From: Candidatus Helarchaeota archaeon
GTDB lineage: Archaea > Asgardarchaeota > Lokiarchaeia > Helarchaeales > RDOG01
Assembly: GCA_029838215.1 (NCBI GenBank)
Contig: JALGVI010000058.1
Span: forward strand, 1-19,009
DNA: 19,009 nt
Reading direction: 5' to 3'
The notes beneath the pieces were generated by a model. The model saw only the letters and a program-made list of their open reading frames with translations, had not been told where the DNA came from and ran no database searches. Shown here piece by piece: positions 15,321 to 19,009 of the stretch; the stretch's first letter is position 1, and the number at the start of each line of letters is the position of its first letter. The translations under genes were made by a program, and so were the position numbers.

Positions 15321-16868
15321 TCAATCGATTTTAGAACCGCAATACGTGCAGAACTTCCAAGCTCCTGCTATCTTTTGATGACAATTTGGGCATATCCTTT
15401 CTTCATTTGTAGCGACTGTGGGTGCTTCTTCTTTTGGAATGACTTCTAAAACAATTTCTTCGGCTTCTTCACCCTTGGAACTAATTCCTGCATCCGATAC
15501 GAGAAATGGAATGAAAGAAGGCTTATATTCTTCTTCTTCATCGTCCTTTCGCTTCAAAAAAGTCATCCAAGTCGGCACGTCATCATCCACTATTATGGGT
15601 TTTGGTTGTTCAATAGGGCCTGCTATGAAAGGTACAAATTCGGAATCTTGTCCATCTTGAGCCTCGATTTTCTCACTAGACTCTACTGCTGAAATCTGCT
15701 CGAAAAGATTTGGTTGAGAAGGTGGTGTTTCGAGCTCGAATGCTGGAGCAGCGGGTTGTTCTGCAGTGAATGGAACAGGTCCTGAAGGTGCTTCGGGCAT
15801 TTCTGGTGCAGGAGGGAATTGAAGCTCCGATGCTTTCAAAGATGGAGACGGTGCAGGTTCTGGTGTAACTGGTTCGATCTTGATTGGTTCGAGTGGTGCC
15901 GGTGTAGGTGCTGATCCTGCACTTGATGGGAGAGTTGGATGTTCGGGAAAAGAAGGAGGCGCTGAAGGAGGAGATGTTGCCGGTGCAGTCGATGGTTCCA
16001 GTTCATCACCCGGACCACGTAATATTTCAAGAGCCTCATCAAGCGTTGGCGTGGGTGAACTTGAAGGAACCTCCATTGGTTGAGGAGGAGGCGTCCGAAC
16101 TGCAGGGGGTGGTGCAGGTGGAGGCGCACTTGGGGGTAATGAAGACCCCAGTGATGAAATTTGTGGTGGTATTGGTTTTGCTTGTACTGGAGGGGGTGCT
16201 GTAAAAGAAGGTATTTTTGGAGGACTTGGTGGCGCAGACATCGAAGGTGTTGGCAAAGAAGGTGAAGGTGATGAAGGTGCGGCAACGGGTGGAGGTGTAA
16301 GAGATGGCACAGTAGGTGGAGCACTCGTTTCAGCCTGAGCCTGAACCTTGATACCTATCTTCTTTTCCAAAAGTACCTCTGCTAATTTAGTAAATAGATC
16401 GTGTATGTTTTTGCCATTCTTTGCCGAAGCCTCATAAAAATAGATGCCCATTTGTTCGGCCAAGGCCTGTGCCTCGGAAGTAGCAACTGCACGATCTGGA
16501 AGGTCGGCTTTATTTCCCACGAGAATCAGAGGAATTCCTCCACAGTTTTCCGCAACCTCACTAAACCACTTTGGAAGGTTATCATAGGATTCACGATTAG
16601 TCAAATCAAAAATGGCAAGTGCCGCCATTGCACCCTTATAATAAAGCGGGCGAATGTACGAAAACCGTTCTTGTCCTCCGGTATCCCAAACTTGCATCTT
16701 GATTTTATAACCGCCGACTTCTACCAGTTTAATGGCAAAATCGACACCTATGGTCATTTTGTAGTGGTCCTCAAAACGACCTTCCGCAAATCGAATGGTT
16801 ATTGCAGTCTTTCCTACAGCACCATCGCCCACGACGATGATCTTAAACAAATAATCGTATTCAGACAT
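15321..16868 (-). CDS. Rab-like small GTPase fused to a long Pro-rich linker and a C-terminal double-CxxC Zn ribbon
   Basis: EYDYLFKIIVVGDGAVGKT (G1), TIGVDF (G2/RabF1), KMQVWDTGGQE (G3), YYKGA, NKAD (G4) and SAK (G5). About 300 aa of Pro/Ser/Ala/Glu-rich sequence follow, then CPNC...CTYCG at 15321-15392. Confidence 0.92.
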   Translation of the reverse strand: MSEYDYLFKIIVVGDGAVGKTAITIRFAEGRFEDHYKMTIGVDFAIKLVEVGGYKIKMQVWDTGGQERFSYIRPLYYKGAMAALAIFDLTNRESYDNLPKWFSEVAENCGGIPLILVGNKADLPDRAVATSEAQALAEQMGIYFYEASAKNGKNIHDLFTKLAEVLLEKKIGIKVQAQAETSAPPTVPSLTPPPVAAPSSPSPSLPTPSMSAPPSPPKIPSFTAPPPVQAKPIPPQISSLGSSLPPSAPPPAPPPAVRTPPPQPMEVPSSSPTPTLDEALEILRGPGDELEPSTAPATSPPSAPPSFPEHPTLPSSAGSAPTPAPLEPIKIEPVTPEPAPSPSLKASELQFPPAPEMPEAPSGPVPFTAEQPAAPAFELETPPSQPNLFEQISAVESSEKIEAQDGQDSEFVPFIAGPIEQPKPIIVDDDVPTWMTFLKRKDDEEEEYKPSFIPFLVSDAGISSKGEEAEEIVLEVIPKEEAPTVATNEERICPNCHQKIAGAWKFCTYCGSKID

Positions 16869-17450
16869 TAGGCATCTAAATCCTTACAAAGTTATTGACC
16901 CATATAAACATGATAAAATAGAAAGGTAAGAATTTTTTCGTTTCTAACTGAAGCTTGCTCATCATGTTATAAATTTTTGAAAGACAAAATTAATTTTCGG
17001 CTATTATAAATTTAAATATATTTCCAGATGAAATCAAATATTTCCTTTAATGAACCTCGAAGAAAACCAAACGAATATGAAGGATTTAATGACTCAAACG
17101 AGTTAATGGAACCTTAATGACAAGATTTAAACTATAATGAAAGAATTTCAGACCTACAGTAATCACTCATTGATGAAAAAAGCATTAAAATGCCCCTAAA
17201 ATAACGGAGTATTCCTGAGAACGAAATCTTCGAATTGACTCAAAAGCCTGCACTTCACTGACGAACTCAATGCATTTAGATGAAAAAATATTCAAATCCT
17301 AACATGAGAATTTTTGAACTAATTCAAAAAGAAGGAAAAAGATAAAACTCACTCATGCTAAAAATTAAATAGGTTTTCGAATTTGAAATTAATACTAACG
17401 AAACAACAATTTGACATAAAAGATCATGATAAAACTTGAGTTGAAAAAAA

Positions 17451-17984
17451 ATGGGCACGTACAAACTGAAATGCTTGCTCTTGGGCGATGCGGCTGTTGG
17501 AAAGACGAGCTTGATAAAGAAGTTCATAAAGGGATCCTTTGCACGCGATTATAAAATGACAATAGGCTGTGACATCTTTACGAAGGATATCACGATTGGA
17601 GAAGGACAGGATCTCATCACGTTATCCATCTGGGACATTGCAGGACAAGAAAGGTTCAAGTTTTTTAGATCTAGTTTCTATCGTGGAGCTGCTGGTGCTC
17701 TGGTTGTCTTTGATCTAACCCGATATCCAACTTTTAATCCAAATGTTGTGAATTGGATTCGGGAAGCATGGAGTCACACTGGACGCATTCCAATCTGCTT
17801 AATAGGGAATAAAGCCGACCTGGTAAACATGCGAAGCGTGCGTGGGAACGATGCTCAGAAGTTCTCGGATACTGTACCGTGTCCATACATTGAAACTTCG
17901 GCAAAAGAAGGACAGAACGTCGATGAAGCATTCAGTGCTCTTGCAGAAGTAATGCTTCAGACAATGAAGCAGAAAGGTGTTTAA
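17451..17984 (+). CDS. Rab-like small GTPase, stand-alone, no prenylation motif
   Basis: GDAAVGKT, TIG, WDIAGQERF, FYRGA, NKAD and ETSAK. It ends MKQKGV with no C-terminal Cys. Confidence 0.95.
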   Translation: MGTYKLKCLLLGDAAVGKTSLIKKFIKGSFARDYKMTIGCDIFTKDITIGEGQDLITLSIWDIAGQERFKFFRSSFYRGAAGALVVFDLTRYPTFNPNVVNWIREAWSHTGRIPICLIGNKADLVNMRSVRGNDAQKFSDTVPCPYIETSAKEGQNVDEAFSALAEVMLQTMKQKGV

Positions 17985-17999
17985 TTTTTACTTCTTCTT

Positions 18000-18665
18000 C
18001 TAATCTTCGATGAGTAACGAAAGAATCAGTTCTTTTGATAAATATTTAATGCTTTTTATAACGATATTTTGAACCGACAAATTTTTTAAGATATCTTCAT
18101 CTATTCCTGCGTTGGAGAGAACTGCAATAAATGGAATATTCGCATTCTGGGCGGTTCTTGCATCAATCGCATGATCCCCAATTAAAACTGCATTTTTCAC
18201 CTTTAATTTTTTCATCAAGTAATGGATTGGTTCGGGATCCGGTTTATTTCCATGTCCCTTCCCAACGCCTAAAATCATATCGAAGAAATGGTCAATTCCC
18301 AAATGATTTGATATTATTGTAGCGGTTTTTGTTCGGCGATTCGTGAGTATCGTCATTTTAAATCCATTTTCTTTTAGTTCGCTTAATTTTTCTTTTACTC
18401 CCGTGAAAAGCTTGATTCTTTGAACTGAATTTTTATCGAAGTATGACCGGTATGTCTTGATGCATGAATCCAGCACGTTTTCATCAGATGTGACTTTTCT
18501 GAACATATTTCTTAGCGGAATTCCGATCATTTCGAATATTTCTTCTTTGGACAAAACTGGCAAGTGGCAATCACGTAGAACCTGCTGAAAAGTCACCATT
18601 ATGGCGTTTTTGCTATCGATTAATGTCAGATCCATATCAAAAATTAATAAAATATCTTCCATCAC
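18000..18665 (-). CDS. HAD-superfamily hydrolase (phosphoglycolate-phosphatase-like)
   Basis: Motif I FDMDLTLID, motif II LTN, motif III KPDPEP and motif IV IGDHAIDARTA. Confidence 0.92.
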   Translation of the reverse strand: MMEDILLIFDMDLTLIDSKNAIMVTFQQVLRDCHLPVLSKEEIFEMIGIPLRNMFRKVTSDENVLDSCIKTYRSYFDKNSVQRIKLFTGVKEKLSELKENGFKMTILTNRRTKTATIISNHLGIDHFFDMILGVGKGHGNKPDPEPIHYLMKKLKVKNAVLIGDHAIDARTAQNANIPFIAVLSNAGIDEDILKNLSVQNIVIKSIKYLSKELILSLLIED

Positions 18666-18760
18666 GGCTCATAGGATGCTTTTTCTTTTTTATTTTACTA
18701 CTTGGAGAAAATAATTCTTTATAACGTGATTTAAAAAGAGATGGAATGTTTTTGTTCGAG

Positions 18761-18792
18761 TTTTCTGGGTTAAACATTTTCTGGGTTAAACA
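18761..18792 (+). repeat. Perfect 16-bp tandem duplication TTTTCTGGGTTAAACA x2
   Basis: The units at 18761-18776 and 18777-18792 are identical, with no spacer. Confidence 0.95.
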
Positions 18793-18803
18793 GATGGTAT
18801 AAA

Positions 18804-18895
18804 CTTGGACATTAATGGACATGCCGGGAGACACGTCCTCGTCCAAGGGAGTTCCGTCCCATCTGAAGACGGAAACGCGCACCTTGGGGGTGCGC
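18804..18895 (-). ncRNA. Candidate omegaRNA (reRNA) scaffold
   Basis: Hairpin 1 is GCGCACC/GGTGCGC (18877-18895). Hairpin 2 is TTCCGTC/GACGGAA (18852-18874). Hairpin 3 is CTTGGAC/GTCCAAG (18804-18847) enclosing GGACGTG/CATGTCC. In the last two hairpins, positions that are mismatches on the plus strand become G-U pairs on the minus strand. Confidence 0.5.
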
Positions 18896-18930
18896 CATGA
18901 TGATGATTTTATTTATATTAATGTTTTTCG

Positions 18931-19009
18931 TCAGGTGGAAGCACCAATGGCGGCGGCGAATTCGTCCCATGCGTCCTGCCCGCGCCTTGCGATGTTCCTT
19001 GCGGCGTTC
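18931..19009 (-). CDS. tnpB: C-terminal 25 aa of a probable TnpB RNA-guided nuclease (5' truncated)
   Basis: It reads NAARNIARRGQDAWDEFAAAIGAST*. NAAxNI is the end of the RDxNAAxNI RuvC-III motif of TnpB. The Asp lies outside the window, so the call rests on 6 residues plus context. Confidence 0.6.
   Translation of the reverse strand, partial: NAARNIARRGQDAWDEFAAAIGAST

Larger units (their letters stand above)
18796..19009 (-). mobile_element. Right end of a TnpB-encoding insertion sequence (IS200/IS605 or IS607 family), truncated by the window edge
   Basis: A TnpB-like C-terminal motif, a sharp GC rise (51 of 79 nt GC at 18931-19009, against clearly AT-rich neighbouring genes) and three GC-rich hairpins downstream of the stop. 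The exact boundary near 18796-18803 is uncertain. Confidence 0.6.

Noticed and set aside
15836-16324. 162-aa His/Leu-rich ORF
   Set aside because: It is an alternative-frame shadow of the CCA/CCT-rich Pro linker of the Rab fusion, on the same strand.
17028-17345. Decayed plus-strand gene between the GTPases
   Set aside because: There are at least six stops in the best frame and no recognisable homology.
466-17931. Remaining short ORFs in the track (e.g. 872..1171, 4742..4966, 9690..10208, 16401..16871)
   Set aside because: They are antisense or off-frame shadows lying within well-supported genes.
18761-18792. CRISPR mini-array (the unit has GTTT...GAAAA ends on the minus strand)
   Set aside because: There are only two 16-bp units, no spacer and no cas genes. 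It is kept as a tandem repeat.
18637-18882. 81-aa minus-strand ORF
   Set aside because: It runs through the hairpins, the tandem repeat and into the HAD gene in another frame, with no protein-like features.

Overview
This AT-rich window is almost certainly from an Asgard archaeon. That is inferred from archaeal GGTGA/GGAG Shine-Dalgarno motifs, an archaeal-type TPI and many eukaryotic-signature genes; the class cannot be fixed from the sequence. The left part is a minus-strand gene run. It encodes a coiled-coil rod, a small coiled-coil + Pro-rich protein ending in an Ena/VASP-FAB-like helix, and a STAND-type ATPase with a TPR/SNAP-like tail. The run ends in a large TrmB-wHTH + helical-rod gene that is broken by a +1 frameshift near 800 and continues off the window edge; the ORF track misses that continuation. 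The middle holds fdhD, a tandem pair of Bet3/TRAPPC3-V4R-like genes, a charged hypothetical gene, a 770-bp intergenic region with a long hairpin, a gelsolin-domain gene and a longin-wHTH gene. A glycolytic cluster follows (PPi-type PFK, class II FBA, TPI, DUF89 phosphatase). The right part has a possible third Bet3-like gene, two divergent Rab-like GTPases (one fused to a Pro-rich linker and a Zn ribbon) and a HAD hydrolase. At the right edge is the probable 3' end of a tnpB gene, with a structured omegaRNA-like region and a 16-bp tandem duplication, also missed by the ORF track. I found no tRNA, rRNA or CRISPR array. All family calls come from motif recognition by eye; no database search was run.
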